Source: Oscillibacter ruminantium GH1
Lineage (GTDB): Bacteria; Bacillota; Clostridia; Oscillospirales; Oscillospiraceae
Assembly: GCF_000307265.1 (NCBI RefSeq)
Contig: NZ_DF158896.1
Span: 1 to 21,314 of the forward strand
Length of the DNA stretch: 21,314 nucleotides
Reading direction: 5' to 3'
Part shown: piece after piece, positions 7,487-15,658 of the stretch
Layout: each line of letters begins with the position of its first letter
Numbering within the stretch: the first letter of the stretch is position 1
Position numbers and translations under genes: made by a program
Notes under the pieces: generated by a model
Databases searched by the model: none
What the model was told of the DNA's origin: nothing
The model's input: only the letters and a program-made list of their open reading frames with translations

Positions 7487-7515
7487 TGCCGTGTAAAACT
7501 TTTGTGAAACGGTAG
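7487..7515 (+). promoter_or_regulatory. Inverted repeat CTGCCGT-N16-ACGGTAG just downstream of the -10 element; candidate operator or 5'-leader stem
   Basis: 7-bp arms separated by 16 nt, starting 14 nt after the -10. The same architecture (CTACCGT-N16-ACGGTAG) occurs at 18336-18365. Confidence 0.55.
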
Positions 7516-7582
7516 CATGGGAAATTAACGCTCGGTGAGCAAGTTTTATATAATTTATATAATGTGTGAGGTGGTGCAATAA

Positions 7583-7930
7583 ATGTTTAATGAAATTTGT
7601 ATCTATGAGGCAAAGATTGAAAAGCAAGAGGAAATTGAGCAACTTATGAAAGAGGTTGCCGCCTTTTATATGGAGCAGGATGGTGTTATTGAAGTTAGAT
7701 ATATCAAACGCACCCACCGCCAAACAGATTTTAATGCCGTTAAAGAAGGGGCATTGCCTGTTCGCCTCACACGCAATGTAGGCAAAGTCACTTATGTTTT
7801 ACATTGGACTGTTAGAGATGAAGAAACTCACGCAAGGGTGTCAAAGTTAGGGTTAGAGCATTTTTACAAGCGATGGAACAGATGCTTAACCACTATGCCA
7901 AAAATTATTTTGGGTGAAAACATTGTGTAA
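7583..7930 (+). CDS. Small ABM-like (antibiotic biosynthesis monooxygenase / Dabb-fold-like) protein, 115 aa
   Basis: RBS gaggtgg. The composition and the pattern YVLHWTVRDEETHARV...HFYKRW resemble ABM-domain proteins, but this is a weak assignment. Confidence 0.45.
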   Translation: MFNEICIYEAKIEKQEEIEQLMKEVAAFYMEQDGVIEVRYIKRTHRQTDFNAVKEGALPVRLTRNVGKVTYVLHWTVRDEETHARVSKLGLEHFYKRWNRCLTTMPKIILGENIV

Positions 7931-7943
7931 GGGTATGAGCACA

Positions 7944-8105
7944 CCCTCTGTTAGTGGTTTAACTTCACCTACACAATAAAATCTGACTTATCACGAATTT
8001 GAGCCGTTGCATCTTACTTGACGCAACGGCTCTTGCTTTGTCTACATGCCAAGAATAGTCCAGAGTATCCTTGCATTAGGTCGGTGAACGGATTTTAATT
8101 TTCAT
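7944..8105 (+). repeat. Intergenic repeat copy B (long form, with a perfect 10-bp hairpin gagccgttgc/gcaacggctc at 8001-8032)
   Basis: Aligned by eye with copy A. It begins 14 nt after the stop of the 7583-7930 gene and ends in ...ggtgaacggattttaattttcat. Confidence 0.85.
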
Positions 8106-8125
8106 AAACAGCGCTTCCTTTCATA

Positions 8126-8154
8126 TTGACATTTTTTGATGTGAAGCATATACT
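8126..8154 (+). promoter_or_regulatory. Sigma-70 promoter TTGACA-17-TATACT for the ars operon, followed by a palindrome ATCAA-N6-TTGAT (8162-8177) that is a candidate ArsR operator
   Basis: Consensus -35 and a near-consensus -10 with 17-nt spacing. The inverted repeat lies between the promoter and the arsR RBS. Confidence 0.6.
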
Positions 8155-8192
8155 ATATCATATCAAGATAATTTGATGTGAGGTGATAAACG

Positions 8193-8507
8193 TTGGAGCT
8201 TACTCCGGAGAAGAACGCTAATGTATTTAAGGCATTTTGCGATGAAAAGCGGCTTGCCATTTTGGAACTGCTGCGCAGCGGTGAAAAATGCGCCTGCGTG
8301 CTCATTGATCAAATGGAAATCGGTCAGTCCTCCTTGTCCTATCACATGAAGATTTTATGTGAATCGGGTATTGTCGAAAGCAGACAGGAAGGCAAATGGA
8401 CACATTATAAAATCAGTGAACAGGGCAGCCACGAGGCCATGCTCCTGTTAAAAGCAATTACCACCCCCAATGCAACCGCTGAAGATACTCGTTGTTGCAA
8501 TCAATAA
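8193..8507 (+). CDS. arsR: ArsR/SmtB-family metalloregulator (arsenical resistance operon repressor)
   Basis: TTG start after the RBS gaggtga. The HTH carries a CxC metalloid-binding motif (EKCACVLIDQ) similar to ArsR ELCVCDL. Confidence 0.8.
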   Translation: MELTPEKNANVFKAFCDEKRLAILELLRSGEKCACVLIDQMEIGQSSLSYHMKILCESGIVESRQEGKWTHYKISEQGSHEAMLLLKAITTPNATAEDTRCCNQ

Positions 8508-8600
8508 CGGCCATCTGATGGAAGATGGCTTTTATTCGGCACAACATATCAAGTTTTTTTGATATGACTATTGAATTTAAGAAAGAGAGGCGCTTACCCT

Positions 8601-9614
8601 ATGGAGATCCTTCAAAATACGTGGCTGTTCTTTCAAGACCAAGTGCTTGGAATGAAATGGCTCAACGCCCTAATCGGTAATCTGCTCTCGTTGTTCGGTC
8701 TTGATGTAACAGGACGAATTGGTGGCAGCGTTCAATTCTTTATCTATGATGTACTAAAAATCACCGTACTGCTCTGCGTGCTGATTTTCATCATCTCGTA
8801 CATTCAAAGCTACTTCCCGCCGGAACGAAGCAAGAAAATTATGAGCCGCTTTCACGGCGTGTGGGCAAATATCATGGCAGCACTGCTTGGCACGGTAACG
8901 CCTTTTTGCTCTTGCTCCTCCATACCTCTGTTCATTGGATTTACCAGTGCCGGACTGCCCCTTGGCGTGACTTTTTCCTTTCTGATTTCCTCACCCATGG
9001 TAGACCTCGGGTCGCTCGTTCTGCTCATGAGCATCTTTGGCACAAAGGTCGCTATCGTCTATGTCGTTGTGGGCCTGGTTATCGCGGTCGTTGGCGGTAC
9101 GCTGATTGAAAAACTTCACATGGAAAACTATGTGGAAGAATTCATTCGCTCGGCAAGCGGCGTAGATATTGAATCGCCTGACTTAACCCGCAAAGAGCGT
9201 GTCATTTACGCCAAGGATCAGGTGGTGTCAACCTTCAAAAAAGTTCTGCCGTACATTCTGGTTGGCGTGGGCATCGGAGCTATCATCCACAACTGGATTC
9301 CTGAAAGCTGGATTGAGATGGTGCTTGGCAGCAATAATCCTTTTGGGGTAGTGCTGGCAACTCTGCTTGGCGTTCCCATGTACGCTGACATTTTCGGCAC
9401 GATTCCGGTGGCCGAAGCGCTGCTCTACAAAGGCGCGCAGCTTGGTACGGTTCTCTCCTTTATGATGGCAGTCACAACGCTTTCCCTGCCCTCCATCATC
9501 ATGCTGCGCAAGGCGGTAAAGCCGAAGCTGTTGGGCACATTTATTGCCATCTGCACCATCGGCATTATCATTGTTGGCTATCTGTTTAATATTTTCCAGT
9601 ATCTACTGGTTTAA
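8601..9614 (+). CDS. arsP: ArsP-type permease (DUF318/PF03773 family; conserved TPFCSCS motif)
   Basis: Polytopic membrane protein with GTVTPFCSCSSIP. ATG 8601 is preferred over the track's TTG at 8571, which has no RBS. Confidence 0.7.
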   Translation: MEILQNTWLFFQDQVLGMKWLNALIGNLLSLFGLDVTGRIGGSVQFFIYDVLKITVLLCVLIFIISYIQSYFPPERSKKIMSRFHGVWANIMAALLGTVTPFCSCSSIPLFIGFTSAGLPLGVTFSFLISSPMVDLGSLVLLMSIFGTKVAIVYVVVGLVIAVVGGTLIEKLHMENYVEEFIRSASGVDIESPDLTRKERVIYAKDQVVSTFKKVLPYILVGVGIGAIIHNWIPESWIEMVLGSNNPFGVVLATLLGVPMYADIFGTIPVAEALLYKGAQLGTVLSFMMAVTTLSLPSIIMLRKAVKPKLLGTFIAICTIGIIIVGYLFNIFQYLLV

Positions 9615-9629
9615 TGGGAGGGAAAGAGA

Positions 9630-10403
9630 ATGGCTAAAAACTGGTATCCAGTCATCGATTATCTTGCTTGCACTGAATGCGGAACCTGCGTGGATTTTTG
9701 CTCCCACAGTGTTTATAACAAAGCAAAAGCCCCGTCCCCTGTGGTGATGCAACCCGGAAACTGCATTGACCGTTGCCACGGCTGCGGCAACAAGTGTCCG
9801 GCAGGCGCCATCTCCTATGTAGGCGACGATACTGGCTGGACACCGCCAAACGGCGAATGCAGTGCAAAAAAAAGCGTAGATTGCTGCCGCGGCGGGGCTT
9901 GTGAGGAGGATTCCTCCAAGGCTGTGCTTGTGGAATATCTCTATCTTGATCTCAATACCTGTGACCGCTGTATCGGCGCCGATGCGGTACTGGAAGAAGT
10001 TTTGGGCAGTATCGCGCCCGCTCTGGAGACTGCCGGATATACCATGCGGCTTCAAAAGGTACAGATCGCCACAAAAGAACTGGCGGAGCACTACCGATTC
10101 CTTGCGTCGCCCACCATTCGTGTAAATGGGCAGGATATCTGCGGACCTGTTGCGGAAAACACCTGCGGCTGCTGTGGTGAAATCAGCGGAACCGATGTGA
10201 CCTGTCGTACCTTTGCATACAAAGGTCAAGCCTATGAAGTACCGCCCAAAGCCATGCTGGCCGAAGGAATTCTAAGAGCTGTGCTCGGCATGGTGCAGCC
10301 CGTTTGTGACTGCGGCGAGTATTCACTTCCAGAAAATCTCAAAAACTTCTTTGAGGGAAAAGCTGTGAAGACCGGTTGCTGCCCTGAAGGTACTTGCGGA
10401 TGA
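9630..10403 (+). CDS. 4Fe-4S ferredoxin domain fused to a Cys-rich thioredoxin-like DUF2703-type domain
   Basis: N-terminal CTECGTCVDFC...CIDRCHGCGNKCP ferredoxin motifs. The C-terminal domain carries several CxxC/CC pairs (CDRC, CGCCGE, CDCGE, CCPEGTCG). The RBS is gggaggg. Confidence 0.6.
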   Translation: MAKNWYPVIDYLACTECGTCVDFCSHSVYNKAKAPSPVVMQPGNCIDRCHGCGNKCPAGAISYVGDDTGWTPPNGECSAKKSVDCCRGGACEEDSSKAVLVEYLYLDLNTCDRCIGADAVLEEVLGSIAPALETAGYTMRLQKVQIATKELAEHYRFLASPTIRVNGQDICGPVAENTCGCCGEISGTDVTCRTFAYKGQAYEVPPKAMLAEGILRAVLGMVQPVCDCGEYSLPENLKNFFEGKAVKTGCCPEGTCG

Positions 10404-10453
10404 GTAAACAAAGGATATAAAAACAGTTATTCCACTTTTGATTTTCGCCGTCA

Positions 10454-10705
10454 TTGCCGAGATTGACCTTTACGGTTTTGGGTATCCTTGCGGCCACGGC
10501 GGGCAGCCTTGTATGGAGTGTTTTGCTACTGCTGCTCTATTTCATTGGGCACGGCATTCTCGCCGTGATTGCGGAGCCTTCCATGGGCTTTGCCCAAAAG
10601 CTCTCCCAAAGCGAGAAGTATGGAAAAGCCAGCGCTATTTTGAAAATCGTCATGGGCGCGGTGATCCTGCTCATCGGTTTCTATTTGTTATATTCAGGTT
10701 TCTAA
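10454..10705 (+). pseudogene. CcdA/DsbD-family thiol-disulfide transporter fragment (two C-terminal TM helices only); likely a truncated gene
   Basis: Only 83 aa with 2 TM helices resembling the C-terminal third of CcdA. TTG start with no RBS. An in-frame TGA at 10439 excludes an upstream extension. Confidence 0.4.
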
Positions 10706-10730
10706 TCATGAATTTAAGGAGGTTTTTATT

Positions 10731-11102
10731 ATGGCATTGTTTGGTTTTGGTAAAAAGAAAAATGCAGAGGAAGAATTGGTGCAGTGTGGTTGCGGGGAAA
10801 TGTGCAAGCCCTCCGAAATTGCCGCAAAGAAAGCTGACGAAGAAGCAAAAGTGAGCGGTTCATCCGTCAAGGTGCTTGGCTCGGGCTGTGCAAAGTGCAA
10901 TCAACTGGAAGCGGCTACCTTGGAAGCGCTCAAAGAGCTTGGCATGGATGCCACCATTGACCATGTGACAGACTTTACACAGATCGCTGCTTACGGTGTG
11001 ATGACAACTCCTGCATTGGTTGTGGACGGCAAGGTCGTTTCCTTTGGAAAGGTTTTAAAAAAGGACGAGGTCGTTAAAATCCTGCAAAAAGTACGGGGGT
11101 AA
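10731..11102 (+). CDS. Thioredoxin-family small redox protein (redox-active disulfide protein 2-like, CAKC active site)
   Basis: GSGCAKCNQLEAA thioredoxin-fold CxxC motif and ~120-aa size. Strong RBS aggagg. This type of protein is typical of ars loci. Confidence 0.7.
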   Translation: MALFGFGKKKNAEEELVQCGCGEMCKPSEIAAKKADEEAKVSGSSVKVLGSGCAKCNQLEAATLEALKELGMDATIDHVTDFTQIAAYGVMTTPALVVDGKVVSFGKVLKKDEVVKILQKVRG

Positions 11103-11106
11103 ATTT

Positions 11107-12153
11107 ATGGCAAAGGAAAAATCACAAAGCATTGGCTTCTTTCAAAAATACCTGACCGTGTGGGTTGCTCTCTGTATGACGGCAGGTGTTTTAATTGGTA
11201 AACTTTTACCTGCCGTTCCTGCATTTTTAGGCCGTTTTGAGTATGCCAGAGTTTCTATTCCGGTCGCCATCCTCATTTGGGTGATGATTTATCCCATGAT
11301 GATGAAGGTGAATTTCCAGAGCGTCAAAAATGTGGGGAAAAACCCAAAGGGGTTATTCGTCACATGGGTGACAAACTGGCTCATCAAGCCGTTCACCATG
11401 TACGGTATCGCCGCGCTATTTTTCTATGTGGTTTTTAAGGGCTTGATTGCCCCTGACCTCGCCAAGGAGTATCTGGCGGGTGCAGTACTCTTGGGTGCGG
11501 CACCCTGCACAGCGATGGTGTTCGTCTGGAGCACGCTCACCAAAGGAAACCCTGCCTACACCGTAGTACAGGTAGCAACCAACGATTTGATTATTCTGGT
11601 TGCCTTTGTGCCGATTGTGAAATTCCTACTGGGCGTTTCCAACGTGTCCGTGCCATGGGACACGCTGATTTTATCGGTCATTTTATTTGTAGTCATTCCG
11701 CTTGCGGGCGGTATTCTGACCCGTGTGCTGGTGACAAATCGCAAGGGCACAGAGTATTTTGAAAACACCTTTGTCCATAAATTTGATAATGCCACCAGCA
11801 TTGGTCTGCTGCTCACTTTGGTATTGCTGTTTTCCTTCCAAGGTGATGTGATTTTGAATAATCCGCTGCACATTCTACTCATTGCTGTGCCGCTTGTTTT
11901 GCAAACTTTCCTTATTTTCTTCATCGCTTATTTTGCTTGCAAATGGCTGAAGCTGCCCCATGATATTGCCGCCCCTGCGGGGATGATTGGCGCGTCCAAC
12001 TTCTTTGAACTGTCGGTCGCTGTGGCGATTGCATTGTTTGGTACTACTTCACCGGCGGCTCTTGCCACCGTAGTTGGCGTGCTGACCGAGGTGCCGGTGA
12101 TGCTGTTGCTTGTAAAAATCGCCAACAAAACGAAAGGATGGTTTCCAGTATGA
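11107..12153 (+). CDS. acr3: ACR3-family arsenite efflux transporter
   Basis: 10-TM protein. The N-terminal part (FQKYLTVWVALCMTAGVLIGK...IPVAILIWVMIYPMM...) is characteristic of ACR3/ArsB-type arsenite efflux transporters. Confidence 0.8.
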   Translation: MAKEKSQSIGFFQKYLTVWVALCMTAGVLIGKLLPAVPAFLGRFEYARVSIPVAILIWVMIYPMMMKVNFQSVKNVGKNPKGLFVTWVTNWLIKPFTMYGIAALFFYVVFKGLIAPDLAKEYLAGAVLLGAAPCTAMVFVWSTLTKGNPAYTVVQVATNDLIILVAFVPIVKFLLGVSNVSVPWDTLILSVILFVVIPLAGGILTRVLVTNRKGTEYFENTFVHKFDNATSIGLLLTLVLLFSFQGDVILNNPLHILLIAVPLVLQTFLIFFIAYFACKWLKLPHDIAAPAGMIGASNFFELSVAVAIALFGTTSPAALATVVGVLTEVPVMLLLVKIANKTKGWFPV

Positions 12154-12557
12154 GCAAACCTAAAGTAGCATTTATCTGCGTACACAACTCCTGCCGCAGC
12201 CAAATTGCCGAAGCACTGGGCAAGTACCTTGCGTCTGATGTCTTTGAAAGCTATTCTGCCGGAACGGAAGTAAAGCCGCAAATCAATCAGGATGCTGTGC
12301 GGCTGATGAAGCAGATTTATGGCATCGACATGGAGCGAACTCAGCGCAGTAAGCTGCTGGAGGAGATTCCCCCAGTGGATATCGTGGTGACCATGGGCTG
12401 CAATGTGCAGTGTCCTTTTTTGCCCTGTATGCACAGGGAGGATTGGGGGTTAGATGACCCAACCGGCAAAAGCGATGTGGACTTTGAACGTACTATAAAA
12501 GCAATCCGCTCTAAAATTGAGAATTTGAGAGAGCGAATCGCTGACAACAAACTATAA
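12150..12557 (+). CDS. arsC: Arsenate reductase ArsC, thioredoxin-coupled LMW-PTPase type
   Basis: CVHNSCRS P-loop (CX5R) near the N-terminus with downstream Cys residues. ATG 12150 overlaps the acr3 stop (ATGA); the track's ATG 12138 is the alternative start. Confidence 0.8.
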   Translation: MSKPKVAFICVHNSCRSQIAEALGKYLASDVFESYSAGTEVKPQINQDAVRLMKQIYGIDMERTQRSKLLEEIPPVDIVVTMGCNVQCPFLPCMHREDWGLDDPTGKSDVDFERTIKAIRSKIENLRERIADNKL

Positions 12558-12559
12558 AG

Positions 12560-12592
12560 AACGAGGCTGGCGTTTGTCAGCCTCGTTTTCCT
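12560..12592 (+). terminator. Hairpin terminator after arsC (10-bp stem aacgaggctg/cagcctcgtt, then a U-rich tail)
   Basis: Seen directly in the sequence. The U-tract is interrupted (tttcctattc). Confidence 0.55.
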
Positions 12593-12600
12593 ATTCTCCG

Positions 12601-12646
12601 TTACATCCCCAGTATCGTCCAGAGTATCCTTGCATAAGGATAGTGA
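12601..12646 (+). repeat. Intergenic repeat copy 3 (short, core only: TTACATCCCCAGTATCGTCCAGAGTATCCTTGCATAAGGATAGTGA)
   Basis: Matches the core of copies A, B and 4 at most positions. It sits between the convergent arsC and nifX-like genes. Confidence 0.75.
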
Positions 12647-12659
12647 TATTTTATAATTT

Positions 12660-12695
12660 AAAAAAACAAACCCTGCTGATTTATTTTCAACAGGG
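12660..12695 (-). terminator. Putative terminator of the minus-strand nif-like operon (hairpin plus T-run on the minus strand)
   Basis: On the minus strand: accctg-N15-cagggt followed by tttgttttttt. Confidence 0.4.
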
Positions 12696-12738
12696 TAGTC
12701 TTTTTATAATGCAATTATATCCTTGTGTTCAATGTTTT

Positions 12739-13098
12739 CTATTCGCCGCATTCATCATGATGCTGATGTTCATGGCAAACGGAACCGGTTGTCTTGAGGT
12801 CGCCCTTTAGATAGTTCTCAACAGCAGTTTTGGCGTCGCCAGAAGCTCCTACTACAACTTCAACATTCCTTTCATTAAAAATCTCAACCGCACCTCCGCC
12901 CATACCACCGCTGATAATGACATTGATACCACGATCAGCAAGAAAGTTAGGCAAGAATCCGGGTTTATGCCCGGGGTTAGCAACGGTTTCGCTTTTGATG
13001 ATTTGATTATTTTCAGTATCAAAAATCATGAAACCTTCGCAATGTCCAAAGTGCTCAGTCACCATTCCATTTTCGCTTGCTACTGCAATTTTCAGCAT
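12739..13098 (-). CDS. NifB/NifX/NafY-family dinitrogenase FeMo-cofactor-binding-domain protein with a His-rich C-terminal tail (HEHQHHDECGE)
   Basis: MLKIAVASENGMVTEHFGHCEGFMIFD... pattern of the PF02579 fold. A strong RBS ggaggaaaa sits inside the upstream gene. Confidence 0.7.
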   Translation of the reverse strand: MLKIAVASENGMVTEHFGHCEGFMIFDTENNQIIKSETVANPGHKPGFLPNFLADRGINVIISGGMGGGAVEIFNERNVEVVVGASGDAKTAVENYLKGDLKTTGSVCHEHQHHDECGE

Positions 13099-13099
13099 T

Positions 13100-13939
13100 T
13101 TAGTTTTCCTCCATTTTTTCTAAGATTTTTGCAACCGGCTCAAACCAATTGCCATCGAAAAGCTCTATCATACCCTTGTCACATGCAGCCGAAATTTTTG
13201 GGTCGATAGGTAACTTAGCAAGAACCTTTAAATTATGTTTTTCGGCAATTTCTTCAATATGACTTTCGCCAAATATCTGATAGTCCTTTCCACTATCAGG
13301 GCATTTAAAGTAGGACATGTTTTCCACCAGGCCGATAATGGGAATATTCATCATCTCTGCCATCTTGACAGCCTTTGATACAATCATGGATACAAGCTCC
13401 TGTGGGGACGTCACAACGATAATTCCGTCAACAGCAATAGACTGAAATACCGTAAGAGGAACATCGCCGGTGCCCGGTGGCATATCAATGAACATAAAAT
13501 CTACATCGCTCCAAATAACATCTGTCCAAAACTGTTTTACTGTGCCGGCAATAATCGGCCCTCTCCAGACAACCGGATCAGTATCGTTTTCTAAAAGCAA
13601 ATTAACAGACATGATATCAATCCCGGTCTTCGTTTTAACAGGGAATAAGCCGAACTCACTGCCTTTAGCTTTTTCTTTGATTCCAAATGCCTTAGGAATA
13701 GAAGGTCCGGTAACATCCGCATCTAGAATAGCGGTATGATAGCCCATTCTATTCATTGTAACTGCAAGCATTGAGGTAACAAGTGATTTTCCGACACCGC
13801 CTTTGCCGCTGACAACACCAATAACCTTTTTTACACTGCTCATCTCATGCAGCTTCTCGGAGAAATCTGTTTTTTGTTCTTTTCTTTCTGCGCAGTCCTC
13901 CGAACAACTGCTACAGCTTTGATTGCAATTTTCGCTCAT
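13100..13939 (-). CDS. Mrp/NBP35 (ApbC-like) P-loop ATPase with an N-terminal Cys-rich segment (CNQSCSSCSEDC)
   Basis: Walker A GKGGVGKS, plus ...CPDSGK... and the Mrp signature. RBS aaggag. Confidence 0.8.
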   Translation of the reverse strand: MSENCNQSCSSCSEDCAERKEQKTDFSEKLHEMSSVKKVIGVVSGKGGVGKSLVTSMLAVTMNRMGYHTAILDADVTGPSIPKAFGIKEKAKGSEFGLFPVKTKTGIDIMSVNLLLENDTDPVVWRGPIIAGTVKQFWTDVIWSDVDFMFIDMPPGTGDVPLTVFQSIAVDGIIVVTSPQELVSMIVSKAVKMAEMMNIPIIGLVENMSYFKCPDSGKDYQIFGESHIEEIAEKHNLKVLAKLPIDPKISAACDKGMIELFDGNWFEPVAKILEKMEEN

Positions 13940-13956
13940 AATCTTGCTCCTTTTAT

Positions 13957-14802
13957 TTAGATTACAATTTCACTGCCTGCTGACAGATAATCGATGCTAT
14001 CACCCATAATAGCTTTAAGCCTTTTATAAGGCTCGACACCTGTACAATGGCAAGTGTAAAACTTTGCTTTTGTATCCATTAGGTATTTACCAATTCTATC
14101 TATCATTTTAGAGTCCTCGTTTCCGCCTGAGCGGCTGGAAAGATGAAATCCACCTATCACATAGCCCGGCATTCGACCTTTTAGCGTGTGAAAATGCTCA
14201 AGTATATTTATGATGCCATTATGAGCGCAGCCTGTTACTAATAGGGTTTTCCCGTCTTCCTCTACCACGAGGTTTTGTTCATGTGCAAAGATATCATCTA
14301 TCGTTTGCCCCTTATATTCCTTGAGCAAACCACTGTTTGATTTTGGGCGTGGCTCGTTTTGGACGATATTAGAGAATACTTGGATTCCACTGTTAATAAA
14401 GAAACGGTCTGACGTGAGAATAATTTGTTTGTTTTGATTCAGTTCTTCATCAAGACCGATAAATTCCAATTCATCATTTGGGCGAATAGCATAGTGCTTT
14501 TCAAAAGCGAGACGATGTAGAAATACCTCGGCTTTTGTGTTTTCTTTCAAAAAGGTTTTTAGCCCTCCGCCGTGGTCATAGTGTCCATGCGAAATCACAA
14601 GAAAGTCAACATCAGCAATATTCACATTAAGCTTTTTTGCATTTTGAAGAAACAGCTCGCTTGCGCCCACATCAAACAATATTTTATGTTTCTTTGTTTC
14701 TATATACAGGCTAAGGCCATGCTCGCTGCCAAAGTCTTTTGATATCGAGGTGTTTTCAACCAAAGTTTTAATAAGCATGACTTTAGCCACCACCTTTTTC
14801 AA
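13957..14802 (-). CDS. MBL-fold metallo-hydrolase
   Basis: HxHxDH motif (VISHGHYDHGGG) and a downstream His/Asp pattern. The start may instead be the ATG 24 nt downstream (MLIKTLV). Confidence 0.7.
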   Translation of the reverse strand: MKKVVAKVMLIKTLVENTSISKDFGSEHGLSLYIETKKHKILFDVGASELFLQNAKKLNVNIADVDFLVISHGHYDHGGGLKTFLKENTKAEVFLHRLAFEKHYAIRPNDELEFIGLDEELNQNKQIILTSDRFFINSGIQVFSNIVQNEPRPKSNSGLLKEYKGQTIDDIFAHEQNLVVEEDGKTLLVTGCAHNGIINILEHFHTLKGRMPGYVIGGFHLSSRSGGNEDSKMIDRIGKYLMDTKAKFYTCHCTGVEPYKRLKAIMGDSIDYLSAGSEIVI

Positions 14803-15658
14803 AGAGTAGATTCATTGTTTTGTGATAAACCTCTTTAACCGCCGTACCCGATATACAGTCTATATCTACAACGGTTTGACCATTATTAATCGCTTTGACC
14901 GCGTTAGAGTCAAAGGGTATCCTGCCAATAAAGGGCAGCGCTTGTTTTTTACAAAACTCTTCAATCTTCTCTGTATTCTCAATGTTAGTATCGTATTTGT
15001 TGATACATACCGCTGTCTTTGTTCCGAATTTTGCTGCCGTATTTATAATGCGCTCCATATCGCTGATACCTGATATGGAAGGTTCTGCGACTATCAAAAC
15101 CATATCCACACCACTAAGTGATGCGATGACAGGACAGCCTATTCCGGGAGATCCATCAATAATGGCAAGTTCCGCATCAGCTGCTGTCGCCTTCATTTGC
15201 TTTTTCACCTCAGTTACAAGCATTCCGGAGGTACCACTGCCCATTTTTAGTTGCGCTGTTGAAAAAACTTTTTCTCCATCAGAATACAGCATTAATTCCC
15301 CGGCCACTGCCGGTTTCATAGTTATCGCTTCCACAGGACAAACATACTCACAAACGCCGCAGCCTTCACATGCGAAAGGATCCACTTTGTATTTTTCATC
15401 TATTGAAATAGCATCAAATCGGCAGTTTTGCCTACACTGATCGCATTTAATGCAAAGTTCCGGATCTATATCTGCTTTTGGTAGCCCATAATAATCTGTT
15501 CTTGCAGGTTTAACACTCCATCCGGTAATGAGGTGCAGGTTAGGCGCATCTACATCACAATCCGCATATGCTTTGGCATCAGCAAGCTTTATAAACGCAC
15601 TTGCTATTGTCGTTTTTCCGGTTCCGCCTTTACCGCTAAGGATTAGTAGTTGTTTCAT
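14783..15658 (-). CDS. MinD/ParA-superfamily P-loop ATPase with an inserted double 4Fe-4S ferredoxin domain (COG1149-like)
   Basis: Walker A GKGGTGKTT plus CIKCDQCRQNC...CEGCGVCEYVCP. Confidence 0.8.
   Translation of the reverse strand: MKQLLILSGKGGTGKTTIASAFIKLADAKAYADCDVDAPNLHLITGWSVKPARTDYYGLPKADIDPELCIKCDQCRQNCRFDAISIDEKYKVDPFACEGCGVCEYVCPVEAITMKPAVAGELMLYSDGEKVFSTAQLKMGSGTSGMLVTEVKKQMKATAADAELAIIDGSPGIGCPVIASLSGVDMVLIVAEPSISGISDMERIINTAAKFGTKTAVCINKYDTNIENTEKIEEFCKKQALPFIGRIPFDSNAVKAINNGQTVVDIDCISGTAVKEVYHKTMNLLFEKGGG

Noticed and set aside
8571-8600. TTG 8571 as the arsP start
   Set aside because: There is no RBS. ATG 8601 follows GAGAGG and matches typical N-termini.
9603-10229. 208-aa minus-strand ORF
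   Set aside because: It is antisense to the ferredoxin/DUF2703 gene, with low-complexity translation and no RBS.
10438-10854. 138-aa ORF spanning the CcdA fragment in another frame
   Set aside because: The translation is Arg/Cys-rich nonsense. The alternative frame gives clean transmembrane helices.
11556-12434. Minus-strand ORFs 11556-11924, 11683-11871 and 11928-12434
   Set aside because: They are antisense to acr3 and arsC, which have clear family signatures.
14895-15440. 181-aa plus-strand ORF
   Set aside because: It is antisense to the MinD-type ATPase gene with its Walker A and 4Fe-4S motifs.
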